Shown piece by piece: positions 43,501-52,541 of a DNA stretch of 64,000 nucleotides. Source of the DNA: an uncultured Clostridia bacterium (GTDB lineage: Bacteria > Bacillota > Clostridia > TANB77 > CAG-508); assembly GCA_934178475.1 (NCBI GenBank), contig CAKPQH010000001.1, positions 68,128-132,127 on the forward strand, read 5' to 3'. Position 1 is the first letter of the stretch, and the number at the start of each line of letters is the position of its first letter. The translations under genes and the position numbers were made by a program. A model generated the notes under the pieces. It made no database searches. It was not told the DNA's origin and saw only the letters and a program-made list of their open reading frames with translations.

Positions 43501-44193
43501 TTTATATCTCTCTTCTGTACCTTCCTTATATTTAATGCCATTACTTTCATCCTCTATAAAATTCACAAGATCGTCATACTCTTTAGTTGTATAAGTATAA
43601 ACTGTTTTAGACAACATATAGTCTAAATTGCTATTGCTTGGATAATTATATATTTTTGTCTTCTTTATTCCTACTCGTCCAAGTAAAGCTTTTATATCTT
43701 CTTCATTTTTATTTTTATCTGTTCCTTCTACATAAGCATTATCCAAAAGCCATAATATTTGTCCATAATATTTACTATTATTAACCTTATTATAATTAGT
43801 TACTGCCAATTTTTTTATAATATCATTGTCTTTTACCATATTATATGATCTGTTATATGTAGCTGGTGTATTTATATTTCCTGATTCTTCTTTTATTTCT
43901 CCTGTATCATCAATTTGATAATTCCATGTATAAGAAGTTGGAGCATCTAAACAATAAATATTTTTTAGTGGCATATTAGTAGATGTATCCATTATTTGGT
44001 ATATATTGTGACCATTACTTACTGCATATGCACCCTTTTTCACAAAATCTGTACCATCATATACATATCTTGCATAGCTTAAACATAATGTTTTCGTTGT
44101 TTCCCCCGTTGCAAGTACAATATTTTCTCCAATTCCAATTATTAATACTAATAATGTTATAATTAAACCAAAGATAATTTTCTTTACTTTCAT
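40573..44193 (-). CDS. Surface protein (1206 aa) with three DUF11-like (conserved repeat / prealbumin-like) domains and a C-terminal TM anchor
   Basis: Signal peptide. Three repeats of about 190 aa, each beginning D(L/I)xL(V/R/L)K(Y/F), containing TYT(L/I)RVYNEG..YA..ITD.LP.GLxY, and ending DRDS.PD. The KAFDxxNDDGKGSGLxYK segment is duplicated. C-terminus ...AISTGLKENVMPYVGVGGISLIMLAGGIILIKKFVL. Confidence 0.6.
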   Translation of the reverse strand: MKVKKIIFGLIITLLVLIIGIGENIVLATGETTKTLCLSYARYVYDGTDFVKKGAYAVSNGHNIYQIMDTSTNMPLKNIYCLDAPTSYTWNYQIDDTGEIKEESGNINTPATYNRSYNMVKDNDIIKKLAVTNYNKVNNSKYYGQILWLLDNAYVEGTDKNKNEEDIKALLGRVGIKKTKIYNYPSNSNLDYMLSKTVYTYTTKEYDDLVNFIEDESNGIKYKEGTEERYKGDKCSELLEEKVDAEKYPKWLRKDNMRGYSQNGKGYYYIDKDGNTIECSLPAELVESVQQAALWYYVNGANYDYYTGKNASDMKWWLNYSIGVDNREYKPLASYYYNSTTGNIEYSTTTGIPGAVGQMYQEQACLLYDYLIDSANAANPGDNNAYANESTKVPLSVNASTNMKKVNSKYVVGPIKLEKVGELPYILENNLVVKDQDNNAISGWYLSDENGNARSVTDYSTLVGETTGFYVTVPSTAISGVKISLNGTYQITEKTLWMTDERTTDATAEQLLVEITKKDEPFELNVNAADKKTFDLKLVKYISEINGDATRGRTITKIDSSKLKDGSRTTADYTLSKDPLKVKTGEYVTYTLRVYNEAELDGYAEEITEDIPNGLEYIYDNGITIDATGNIDYSACTKTLTDEDKKAIEFNLSQGWTIKTTNSTTNRIEMVKTDYLSKAKSTSNEIKAFDATNDDGKGSGLSYKEVKIMLKVVATDPTIGIIRNEAAITKDSDDDRDSNPDEWKKYEDDEDYDNVILEEYDIALRKFIAAISSDANIEEGEYVTVDGTTSTAYTRAPSVDTTHLKDKTATTAIYKHPKDSLTVARESYVLYTIRVYNEGDIDAYASKITDHLPTYLDYVECEFNDNYGWTVGADGKTVSTDYLSSELDKKNILKAFDSANDDGKGSGLDYKDVQILCKVNKNALPMKNITNIAQITEYQGKDGTVVPKDRDSKPDNLTDDVLDQDDRPNYEGGEDTDKTDGYIPGQEDDDDFERIVVREFDLALLKYVSEVHVIEDGNETVTQTGNTGNNTTDMIPKVEINRKKLDSTIVKFVYIIKITNEGDIPGYAMEITDYVPEGLKFYEEDNKEWVDEGNNVISTRALKGTLLNPGESATVEVTFRWINGANNLGVKTNYAEISEDYNEYDVPDRDSTPDNKIIEEDDMDYAPVLLAISTGLKENVMPYVGVGGISLIMLAGGIILIKKFVL

Positions 44194-44450
44194 CTTATAC
44201 CTTCCTTTTAATACATTTAATCTATTTTATTTTACTACTTCATATAAGCTTAAGTCAATATACCTTTCTATTCTATATTTTCCAATTTTCAGAAAACCTT
44301 ACGGATAATTAACTTTAAGCCTACATTACAATTATATTACATTTTCATATCAAAATCAAGAAAAAAATACTAATTATTTAAGTTTTTAAGCATATTTTCA
44401 ATATTGGTATTATATATTTTTAAATAGATAACTTTTGAAAGGATTAATTT

Positions 44451-45710
44451 ATGAAATATAAAAAGTTTTATTTGATTATTTTATGTTTATTTTTGTTATT
44501 CTATAGCATTATTCCTATTTCTTATGCCGATGATTTAAATTCAGAAGAAAATATCTCTTCAAATTATTACAATACAGAAAATGTCTCCAAAAATTTAAAT
44601 GCAATTCCAACAATAAACGCTCGTTTTGCTGCTATATATGATAGAGCATCTGGCACACTTCTATATGATAAAAATGCAAACGAAAAATCCAAAATGGCCT
44701 CTACTACCAAAATTATGACATCATTAGTAGTCATTGAAAACTCCAATCTTTCAGATATTGTAACAATATCAAAAAAATCTGCAGGAACCGGAGGTTCAAG
44801 ATTAGGGTTATCCACAAATAATACTATATCTGTGGAAAACCTTCTTTATGGTTTAATGCTTTGTTCTGGTAATGATGCAGCTGTTGCTTTAGCTGAACAT
44901 GTTGGAGGAAATATAGAAAGCTTTGCTGAATTAATGAATAAAAAAGCTATTGAACTTAACCTTACAAATACACATTTCGTAACTCCTCATGGATTAGATC
45001 AAGATGACCACTATACAACCGCATATGAACTTGCAAAACTAACAGATTACGCTTTAAAAAATGAAATATTTGCTAAAATAGTAAACACAAAGAATTATAC
45101 AATCATGATAAATAATACTCCTAAACAAATACATAATACAAATGAACTCCTTGGCAATTTAGACGGTGTTTATGGTGTGAAAACAGGATTTACTAATGGA
45201 GCTAATAGATGTTTAGTAACTTCTTGTAAAAGAGAAAATTTAGACATTATTTGTGTTGTTTTAGGATGTGATACAAAAAAAGATAGAACACAAGATAGTG
45301 TAGAACTTATAAATTATACATTCAATAATTTTACATTAAAAAATATAGAAGAAATAATAGATAACGATTTCAACTCTTGGAATAAAAACCATACAAACAA
45401 TTTTACAATTAATAAAGGAATTCCCAATCATATTGATTTATACTTAGACAAATCCAATATTCCATACTCTAGTTTAGCTATAAACAATGTTGATTTAAAC
45501 AATATTACTTCAACTATAAATTTCACATCTAGCTTTAACGCTCCGCTAGAAAAGAATTCAATAATTGGGACTTCTACAATAAAAATAAATGAAAAGGAAC
45601 TCTTCAAAATTAATATTTTAAACAAAAACACAATTAGGAAAAAATACATTTTTGATTATTTACATTCTTTTTTATATAGATATCCTGACATTATAAAAAC
45701 TACATTTTAA
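44451..45710 (+). CDS. D-alanyl-D-alanine carboxypeptidase (S11 family, low-molecular-weight PBP)
   Basis: Signal peptide plus SxxK (ASTTK), SxN (SGND) and KTG (KTGFT) motifs. Confidence 0.85.
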   Translation: MKYKKFYLIILCLFLLFYSIIPISYADDLNSEENISSNYYNTENVSKNLNAIPTINARFAAIYDRASGTLLYDKNANEKSKMASTTKIMTSLVVIENSNLSDIVTISKKSAGTGGSRLGLSTNNTISVENLLYGLMLCSGNDAAVALAEHVGGNIESFAELMNKKAIELNLTNTHFVTPHGLDQDDHYTTAYELAKLTDYALKNEIFAKIVNTKNYTIMINNTPKQIHNTNELLGNLDGVYGVKTGFTNGANRCLVTSCKRENLDIICVVLGCDTKKDRTQDSVELINYTFNNFTLKNIEEIIDNDFNSWNKNHTNNFTINKGIPNHIDLYLDKSNIPYSSLAINNVDLNNITSTINFTSSFNAPLEKNSIIGTSTIKINEKELFKINILNKNTIRKKYIFDYLHSFLYRYPDIIKTTF

Positions 45711-45731
45711 AATTTAAAATGTAGTTTTTTA
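45696..45731 (+). terminator. Hairpin terminator after the carboxypeptidase gene
   Basis: AAAACTACATTTT-aaaattt-AAAATGTAGTTTT followed by a T-run. Confidence 0.55.
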
Positions 45732-45733
45732 TT

Positions 45734-46150
45734 TCATTCTTTATTAATTGATCTCATTTTATTTTTTGAATTCTCTTTCTTTTCTCTTCTGTCTCTATAT
45801 TTAAATCTTCTCTTTTTCTTCAAAAATTTCGTAAAGCTTTTTACATCACCTTTTACAAATCCTTTTTTTGATACCATAAATGCAAATTCTCTATTAACAT
45901 AAATGTAATAACTATCATTTGTTTCAATTATTTTATATATTTTAAAATAAAATGTTGTTGAATTACCTTCCGCATTATAGGTTTCAAAATAATGATTGTA
46001 AAAATTATACTTATTTTTTATTGGTTGTTTTATTTTCTTTCTTTGTTCTTTTTCTAACTTTTTAGGATGTATATTTCTATACATAAAAAAAGCTATCCCT
46101 AAACATAAAACAAATATCCCTGCAATTAAATCCTTATTCAAAACAAGCAA
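45734..46150 (-). CDS. Hypothetical small basic protein (TTG start in the ORF track; real start uncertain)
   Basis: 138 aa, lysine-rich C-terminus. The reading frame stays open upstream of the annotated TTG, without an ATG. Confidence 0.3.
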   Translation of the reverse strand: MLVLNKDLIAGIFVLCLGIAFFMYRNIHPKKLEKEQRKKIKQPIKNKYNFYNHYFETYNAEGNSTTFYFKIYKIIETNDSYYIYVNREFAFMVSKKGFVKGDVKSFTKFLKKKRRFKYRDRREKKENSKNKMRSINKE

Positions 46151-46485
46151 AATCCCACAGAAAACTAGAAATATTGTATATCCGATTGTATAAATAAGCT
46201 CAGATATTGCATATTCTTTGTCATGTACTTTAATAAATATATTATACTCTTTTTCTGTACATTTAGTTTCATTTTCAAATAATATTTCTTTATATTTTTC
46301 ATAACTTATTTCACCTTTTTATTTTTCTATAATATATTTAATCATTTATTTTTTATTAATGCAATAATTTTATTTATTTTTTTGCTAGAAACATAAAATC
46401 AGATATTTTAAAATAAAAACTCCCTATTTATAATAATTTGAGATATTATTAATGTTTCTCAAATATTATCAAATAGGGATAGTCT

Positions 46486-46559
46486 GGAGGCGCCTATCGG
46501 AGTCGGACCGATCATCAGAGTTTTGCAGACTCGTGCCTTACCGCTTGGCTAAGGCGCCA
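46486..46559 (-). tRNA. tRNA-Cys (anticodon GCA)
   Basis: Minus strand GGCGCCT..GCC-AAGCGGTAA-GGC..CGAGT-CTGCAAA-ACTCT..AGGCGCC-T-CCA. 7-bp acceptor stem, anticodon loop CUGCAAA, encoded CCA. Close to the Bacillus tRNA-Cys. Confidence 0.8.
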
Positions 46560-46611
46560 TTTTCTATATTAAATTATATGATTAATATTATAAAAATATT
46601 ACCAAAATTTT

Positions 46612-46685
46612 GGAGCAGGTAGTGGGAATCGGACCCGCGAATCAACCTTGGCAAGGTTGCATTTTACCACTAAATTATACCTGCA
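46612..46685 (-). tRNA. tRNA-Gly (anticodon GCC)
   Basis: Minus strand GCAGGTA..CAACC-TTGCCAA-GGTTG..GCGGG-TCCGATT-CCCAC-TACCTGC-T-CCA. Perfect acceptor and anticodon stems; one C.A mismatch in the T stem. Confidence 0.75.
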
Positions 46686-46816
46686 TGGACTTTAATATAA
46701 TACCAAAAATAGAAGCAATTGTCAATATTTCCATCTAAATTCATAGAAATATTTTTCCATAATTAGAAAATTATATTAAAGGAAAATATATGTCTATATA
46801 TAAATCTAAGCACTTC

Positions 46817-47581
46817 TTATTTTTTCAAAGCACTATCGCCTGTTGCATAATTTATAGTAATTCCAGGTTGTACATTATATACATAAACATTAAAACAAAC
46901 TCCATTTCCATTATCTTCAACAGAATATGCCTCAATTTCTACACCGCTTGCTACTAAATTTTCTCCTTCAAATATAGGAGTAACTCTATAAAGTACATGA
47001 TTATTTTGATTTTCTTCTATATATTTGTTAACTTTATTCTCAAAAGGTAACATTCCCTGCACATTTAAATAACGTGTTCCTGTAATTAAGTTTTTTTCAT
47101 TAGCATTTTCTCCAGCTAATTGATAACCAATTAAATGACATCTATTGTATAAATAATTCCCTTCAACAACACCATTATATCTTACAGTCTGCCATCCAGA
47201 AGGTTTTATCATTCCAATTGCTCCTCTTTCCTCAGTAGGCATTATCTCTTTGCAAATATTTGCATATGCAACCCCACACCTACCCAAATAATCTAAATTG
47301 CTATAATTTTCAAACACATCTAAAGTTTTTTCCTCTTCTTTGAAATATGGTATATTATCATTCATTTCTACATAAGGTGAATTTGAATATTCCGGTATAC
47401 TACTTAAATCAATTTTATTATTATCTACTTTTTTTATAACACTCGCTATATTTTCACTATCAGTTTTATTAAAATATTCTCCATTAAATGAATATCCTAA
47501 TACTGTCAATATAATAAATATTACCAAAGAAATGCTAACTTCAAGCCAACTAACTTTTTTACTTCTTTTTCTTTTGCTCAT
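46817..47581 (-). CDS. Extracellular non-specific DNA/RNA endonuclease, EndA (DNA-entry nuclease) family
   Basis: N-terminal TM. PSGWQTV, NRCHLIGYQLAG and HVLYRVTPIFEGENLVASGVEIEAYSVEDNG..FNVYVYNVQPGITINYATGD align by eye with S. pneumoniae EndA (PPGWHQV, DRGHLLGYALIG, RVRYRVTLYY...[20 protein letters not shown]). Confidence 0.75.
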   Translation of the reverse strand: MSKRKRSKKVSWLEVSISLVIFIILTVLGYSFNGEYFNKTDSENIASVIKKVDNNKIDLSSIPEYSNSPYVEMNDNIPYFKEEEKTLDVFENYSNLDYLGRCGVAYANICKEIMPTEERGAIGMIKPSGWQTVRYNGVVEGNYLYNRCHLIGYQLAGENANEKNLITGTRYLNVQGMLPFENKVNKYIEENQNNHVLYRVTPIFEGENLVASGVEIEAYSVEDNGNGVCFNVYVYNVQPGITINYATGDSALKK

Positions 47582-47654
47582 ACTTTAAAACCCTCTCTTA
47601 AATTATGTAAAAAGTATATCACAAATTTTAAAAATATCAATCAAAAAATCAAAT

Positions 47655-48056
47655 TTACTCTCTTTTTTCATTAAAAAGCATTTCATATCCATCATTTGAA
47701 TAAAACTTATATTCTCCATCCTCATATCTAAAAACACTACCTTCTTTAGCAATATTCAAAAGTTTCTCTGGAAAATCTTTTTCTTCTATTTCATTTTCAG
47801 GCTTATCTGTTATGTCCCACAAATACACTTTGTTATTTCTATCTTCTGTTACTAAATATAAATGTCCTTCTTTTCTATATTGATTTAGTTCTCTTTTTTC
47901 CAACATATCTTCTTTTATATTTTCTTTTTTATCACTAGTGCTTTTTTCTAAAAAATCTACTAAATCATTTATAAAATCCTGTACATTTATTTTTTCTTCA
48001 ATTGTTTGTTTTAAATTTTGAAATATATTAAGCTCCATTTCTTTCTCCTTTCGCAC
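47655..48056 (-). CDS. Hypothetical protein, 133 aa
   Basis: Acidic, no TM. No motif I recognise. Confidence 0.4.
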   Translation of the reverse strand: MRKEKEMELNIFQNLKQTIEEKINVQDFINDLVDFLEKSTSDKKENIKEDMLEKRELNQYRKEGHLYLVTEDRNNKVYLWDITDKPENEIEEKDFPEKLLNIAKEGSVFRYEDGEYKFYSNDGYEMLFNEKRE

Positions 48057-48101
48057 AAATTATAATATATTGCTCTTAATAATTATGTCGAAATATGAAT
48101 T

Positions 48102-48136
48102 CAAAAAAAGAAAAGTAGTTTTATTTCTACTTTTCT
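48102..48136 (-). terminator. Hairpin terminator after the DUF1653 gene
   Basis: Minus strand AGAAAAGTAG-aataaaa-CTACTTTTCT followed by TTTTTTT. Confidence 0.45.
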
Positions 48137-48143
48137 AATTTTT

Positions 48144-48395
48144 CTATTCTTTTACACTTTTAATATCTTGAAGTTCAAATCTATATTTTTGTTGCACATC
48201 AGGATATTTCTCTCTATCAACTTCTGATAAAAACATATCATATGGTCTTATATACAAAGCTTTAGTATCTCCATATAAAGGTCTATATACAACATACTTT
48301 TCTCTAGTTTCACTATGAATCGCTATATCTTCAACTAAATAATAATCTCCTTTAAAATGTTTATAAATTCCTTTTATTTCTAAATTTCTATCCAT
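48144..48395 (-). CDS. DUF1653 family protein
   Basis: 83 aa; YKHFKGDYYLVEDIAIHSETREKYVVYRPLYGD...YIRP matches the DUF1653 pattern. Confidence 0.55.
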   Translation of the reverse strand: MDRNLEIKGIYKHFKGDYYLVEDIAIHSETREKYVVYRPLYGDTKALYIRPYDMFLSEVDREKYPDVQQKYRFELQDIKSVKE

Positions 48396-48403
48396 AACAA
48401 CTC

Positions 48404-50143
48404 CTATATATCATACTTTTCTCTTGCTTTATAAGATGTATGTAATAAATGATGTGCCTTTTCGCATCCATAGTTTCCCTTCATATATTCTTTATAAAGT
48501 TTATCTATAACAGGATTTTCATGAGACTTTCTTATTGTAGATTTTTCATCAATATCATATAACACATTAGCTCTTAATCCTCTGACATCAACTTCTCTTC
48601 TTACCTTTGAAGATTTAATTGGTTGTCCTCCACCATTTACACATCCTCCAGGGCAAGCCATAATTTCAACAAATTGATAATCTGCCTTTCCTGATTTTAT
48701 TTCTTCCATTATCTTATTGGCGTTTTTAAGACTAGAAGCAACTACAATTTTTATCTCTTTTCCATCAATATTTATAGTAGCTCTTTTTATTCCTTGTTGT
48801 CCTCTAACATCTTCATAATTAATCTCTTTTATATCTTCTCCAGTTAACACATCTGCTGCTGTTCTAAGTGCCGCTTCCATAACTCCTCCTGTCGTTCCAA
48901 ATATAACTGCAGCTCCAGTAGCTTCTCCCATAGGATCGTCAAACTCTGTATCTTCCAAATCTACAAAATTTATATTTGCTTGTTTTATCATTCTAGCAAG
49001 TTCTCTAGTCGTTATTACAGCATCTACATCTTCAACCATCTCTTTTCTTTGTCTCTCAAATTTCTTAGCAATACATGGCATTACTGAAACAACAAAAATT
49101 TTCTTTGGATCTATATTATTTTTTTCTGCATAATATGATTTGATAATAGCTCCAAACATTTCATGAGGCGATTTGCAACTTGATAAATGATCTGTAAGTT
49201 CTGGATAATACATTTCAGCATATTTTACCCACGCAGGGCAACAAGAAGTTATCATTGGTAAAGTTCCACCATTTTTAACCCTCTCTATAAATTCTGTTGC
49301 TTCTTCAACAATTGTTAAATCTGCTCCTGTATTTGTATCAAAAACTTTATCAAATCCAATTTTTCTAAGTGCTGTTACCATTTTTCCTTCTGCATTTGTT
49401 CCAATTGGCATTCCAAATTCTTCCCCAATTGCAACTCTAACTGCCGGAGCAGTTTGAACAACAACATAAGTTTCAGGATCTCTTAATTTTCTCCATACTT
49501 CTTTTGTAGAATCTTTTTCTTTTAAAGCTCCTACCGGACAAGCTTCAATACATTGTCCACACAAAGTACAATTTACATTATTTAAACTTGCATCACAAGC
49601 TGTACTAATTCTTGAATTAAATCCTCTTTCTGTAACACTTATTGCACCAATATTTTGAATATTTTTACAAGCTCCTATACATCTTTTACATAATATACAC
49701 TTACTTGTATCTCTTACAATTGATGGAGAAAGTTCATCTATTGTAGCTGCAACTTTTTCCCCTTCAAATTCTATATCTGTAATACCAAATTTATCTGCTA
49801 AAGCTTGTAGCTCACAATTACTATTTCTAACACATGTTAAGCAATCTCTATTATGTGCTGATAATATTAAATCTAAAGTAATTCTTCTTGCATCATTTAT
49901 TTTAGGTGTATTAGTTCTAACTACCATTCCATCTTCTACCTTAGTTATACAAGAAGGTGAAAATCCACGTCTTCCCTCTATTTCAACTATACACATTCTA
50001 CAATCTCCATTTTCACTTATTTCTTTTAAGAAACATAGTGTTGGGATATCTATATTTGCTTTTCTTGCTGCCTCAAGCACTGTTGAACCTTTTGACACTT
50101 CTACATCTATACCATCAATATTAACTTTTAACATTTCTGCCAT
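48404..50143 (-). CDS. hydA: [FeFe] hydrogenase catalytic subunit (HydA-type, multi-cluster)
   Basis: N-terminal 2Fe-2S and 4Fe-4S cysteine motifs. H-cluster motifs TSCCPAW, MPCIAKKFE and EIMACPGGCVNGGGQP. Confidence 0.9.
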   Translation of the reverse strand: MAEMLKVNIDGIDVEVSKGSTVLEAARKANIDIPTLCFLKEISENGDCRMCIVEIEGRRGFSPSCITKVEDGMVVRTNTPKINDARRITLDLILSAHNRDCLTCVRNSNCELQALADKFGITDIEFEGEKVAATIDELSPSIVRDTSKCILCKRCIGACKNIQNIGAISVTERGFNSRISTACDASLNNVNCTLCGQCIEACPVGALKEKDSTKEVWRKLRDPETYVVVQTAPAVRVAIGEEFGMPIGTNAEGKMVTALRKIGFDKVFDTNTGADLTIVEEATEFIERVKNGGTLPMITSCCPAWVKYAEMYYPELTDHLSSCKSPHEMFGAIIKSYYAEKNNIDPKKIFVVSVMPCIAKKFERQRKEMVEDVDAVITTRELARMIKQANINFVDLEDTEFDDPMGEATGAAVIFGTTGGVMEAALRTAADVLTGEDIKEINYEDVRGQQGIKRATINIDGKEIKIVVASSLKNANKIMEEIKSGKADYQFVEIMACPGGCVNGGGQPIKSSKVRREVDVRGLRANVLYDIDEKSTIRKSHENPVIDKLYKEYMKGNYGCEKAHHLLHTSYKAREKYDI

Positions 50144-50158
50144 TTGAATATCCTCCTT

Positions 50159-52015
50159 TTAACTAATTGCCTTAAATGGGCACTTACTAATACAAGTCCC
50201 ACATTTAATACATTTATCTAGGTCAATCTTATGTACTTGTTTTACTTCTCCTGAAATTGCATCAACAGGACAATTTCTCTTACATAATCCGCAACCTTTA
50301 CATTTTTCTGGATTTATCTCAATTGTTGCTAAAGCCTTACACTCTTTGGTAGCACATTTTTTATCTCTAATATGTTCCTCATATTCATTTCTAAAATATT
50401 TAATTGTACTTAAAACAGGGTTAGGTGCTGTCTGTCCAAGTCCACATATAGAAGCATTTTGTATAGCTTTTGCAAGTTCTTCTAATTTTTCAATATCTCC
50501 TTCTTTACCTTCTCCTTTTGTTATTCTAGTTAATATTTCATGCATTCTTTTTGTACCAATTCTACATGGATTACATTTACCACATGATTCATCAACAGTA
50601 AATCCCAAATAAAATTTAGCCAAATTTACCATACATTTTGTATCATCCATTACTATAAGTCCACCTGATCCCATCATTGAGCCAATTTGTTTTAAAGATT
50701 CATAATCAATAGGTGTGTCTAAATCTTCTGCTGGTATACATCCTCCAGAAGGTCCTCCTGTTTGTGCAGCTTTAAAAGCTCTACCATTTGGAATTCCTCC
50801 ACCAATATCAAATATTATCTCTCTTAAAGTTGTTCCCATTGGTACTTCAACAAGTCCTATATTTACAACATTTCCACCTAAAGCAAATACCTTTGTTCCT
50901 TTAGATCCTTCTGTTCCCATAGAACTATACCATTTTGCTCCATTTAATATAATTTTAGTAATATTAGCATATGTTTCAACATTATTAATTAATGTTGGTT
51001 TTTGCCACAAACCTGCATTTGCAGGAAATGGTGGCTTTAGTCTTGGTTGTCCACGTCTTCCTTCTATTGACTCTAAAAGTGCTGTTTCTTCTCCACAAAC
51101 AAAAGCTCCTGCTCCAAGTCTAATCTCCATATCAAAATCAAATCCAGTATTCCAAATATTTTTTCCTAAAATTCCATATTCTCTAGCATCATCTATTGCT
51201 TTTTGAAATCTTTGTACAGCTATAGGATATTCCGCTCTTACATAAATATATCCTTTATTTGCTCCTATTGCATATCCTGCAATCATCATTGCTTCTAATA
51301 CGCAATGTGGATCTCCTTCTAAAATACTTCTATCCATAAAAGCTCCTGGATCGCCTTCATCTGCATTACATACTACATATTTTTGTTCACCTTGAGCCAT
51401 TTTAGTAAATAGCCATTTTTTTCCTGTTGGGAATCCTGCACCTCCACGTCCTCTTAATCCTGATTCTGTAACTTCATTAATTACATCATCTTGACTCATT
51501 TCAAATAAAACTTTTTCAAGTGCTTTATATCCATCAAAAGCTATATATTCATCTATATTTTCTGGATCTATAATTCCACAATTTTTAAGTGCTATTCTTT
51601 TTTGTTTCTTATAAAAAGTTAATTCATCTAATTGCTTTACTGTTTTATTGTCGATATCTTTACAAAGTAATCTTTCAACTATTTCACCATTTTGAATATG
51701 TTTTTCAACTATCTCTTCACAATCTTCTGGCCTAACCATTGCATAAAAAACATCTTCTGGTCTAATTATAACAATAGGGCCTTTAGCACAAAGTCCAAAA
51801 CATCCAGTTTGTATTACTCTTACATTTTCTATTCCTTTTTCTTTTAATATCTTTCTAAAATTTTCAATTATTATTGGTGATTTTGAAGATGTACATCCAG
51901 TACCATGACATACCAATATATGTTTTTCTTTTGAACTAGAATTAATATTAACTCTTAAATCTAATTCTTTTCTTTTTTCTTCTCTTATTTTTCTAATTTC
52001 TTCTAGAGTCTTCAT
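50159..52015 (-). CDS. hydB: NuoF-like flavoprotein subunit of a bifurcating hydrogenase (HydB)
   Basis: GRGGAGFPTGKKW FMN/NADH motif. Two C-terminal CxxCxxCxxxCP ferredoxin motifs. N-terminal thioredoxin-like Fe-S domain. Confidence 0.85.
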   Translation of the reverse strand: MKTLEEIRKIREEKRKELDLRVNINSSSKEKHILVCHGTGCTSSKSPIIIENFRKILKEKGIENVRVIQTGCFGLCAKGPIVIIRPEDVFYAMVRPEDCEEIVEKHIQNGEIVERLLCKDIDNKTVKQLDELTFYKKQKRIALKNCGIIDPENIDEYIAFDGYKALEKVLFEMSQDDVINEVTESGLRGRGGAGFPTGKKWLFTKMAQGEQKYVVCNADEGDPGAFMDRSILEGDPHCVLEAMMIAGYAIGANKGYIYVRAEYPIAVQRFQKAIDDAREYGILGKNIWNTGFDFDMEIRLGAGAFVCGEETALLESIEGRRGQPRLKPPFPANAGLWQKPTLINNVETYANITKIILNGAKWYSSMGTEGSKGTKVFALGGNVVNIGLVEVPMGTTLREIIFDIGGGIPNGRAFKAAQTGGPSGGCIPAEDLDTPIDYESLKQIGSMMGSGGLIVMDDTKCMVNLAKFYLGFTVDESCGKCNPCRIGTKRMHEILTRITKGEGKEGDIEKLEELAKAIQNASICGLGQTAPNPVLSTIKYFRNEYEEHIRDKKCATKECKALATIEINPEKCKGCGLCKRNCPVDAISGEVKQVHKIDLDKCIKCGTCISKCPFKAIS

Positions 52016-52037
52016 AAATTCCTCCTAAAATAAAATC

Positions 52038-52541
52038 TTATTTATTCATTAAATTATCTAATGCTTCATCTAATGTTTTTACAGTAGCTTTACCGTATAC
52101 CTCTTCATTTATCATAAATACTGGAGCTAATCCACATGCCCCTACACATCTTGTTTCAACTAAAGAAAACTGTCCATCTTCAGTCGTATCTCCTACTTCA
52201 ATTTTTAATCTTTCTTTTGCTCTTTCTAATATTTTTTCTGATCCTTTAACAAAACATGCTGTTCCCAAACATACAGAAATATTGTATTTTCCTTTTGGTT
52301 TTAACGTAAATCTTGAATAAAATGTTATTACTCCATAGATATCTGCCATAGGCATATCTAAATATTCAGAGATTCTTTCTTGTACTTCTTTAGGTATATA
52401 ACCATATTTTTCCTGAACTTCATTCAATATTTGAATTAAGTTATCTTTTTCATGACTATATTTATTTAATATAGTTTCAATTTTTTCATCTCTTTGCTTG
52501 CAGCATTTTTCACAAGATTGTTTTTCGTTTTCTGGTTTCAT
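52038..52541 (-). CDS. hydC: NuoE-like 2Fe-2S subunit (HydC)
   Basis: 167 aa; CLGTACFVKG ... RCVGACGLAPV thioredoxin-like [2Fe-2S] motif. Confidence 0.85.
   Translation of the reverse strand: MKPENEKQSCEKCCKQRDEKIETILNKYSHEKDNLIQILNEVQEKYGYIPKEVQERISEYLDMPMADIYGVITFYSRFTLKPKGKYNISVCLGTACFVKGSEKILERAKERLKIEVGDTTEDGQFSLVETRCVGACGLAPVFMINEEVYGKATVKTLDEALDNLMNK

Noticed and set aside
40573-44193. LPXTG sortase signal on the large surface proteins
   Set aside because: The C-termini have a hydrophobic helix plus a basic tail but no LPxTG, NPQTN or SPxTG pentapeptide. Only AISTG was found in the 1206-aa protein. I call them TM-anchored, with a possible non-canonical sorting signal.
46612-46685. 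tRNA-Gly possibly a pseudogene because of a C.A mismatch in the T stem
   Set aside because: The acceptor, D and anticodon arms are perfect and a CCA is encoded. A single non-canonical pair in the T stem is tolerated in many tRNAs, so it is kept as a functional call, with the mismatch noted.
50346-51206. + strand ORFs of 88 and 163 aa inside hydB
   Set aside because: Antisense to a strongly supported NuoF-like gene; no independent signals.
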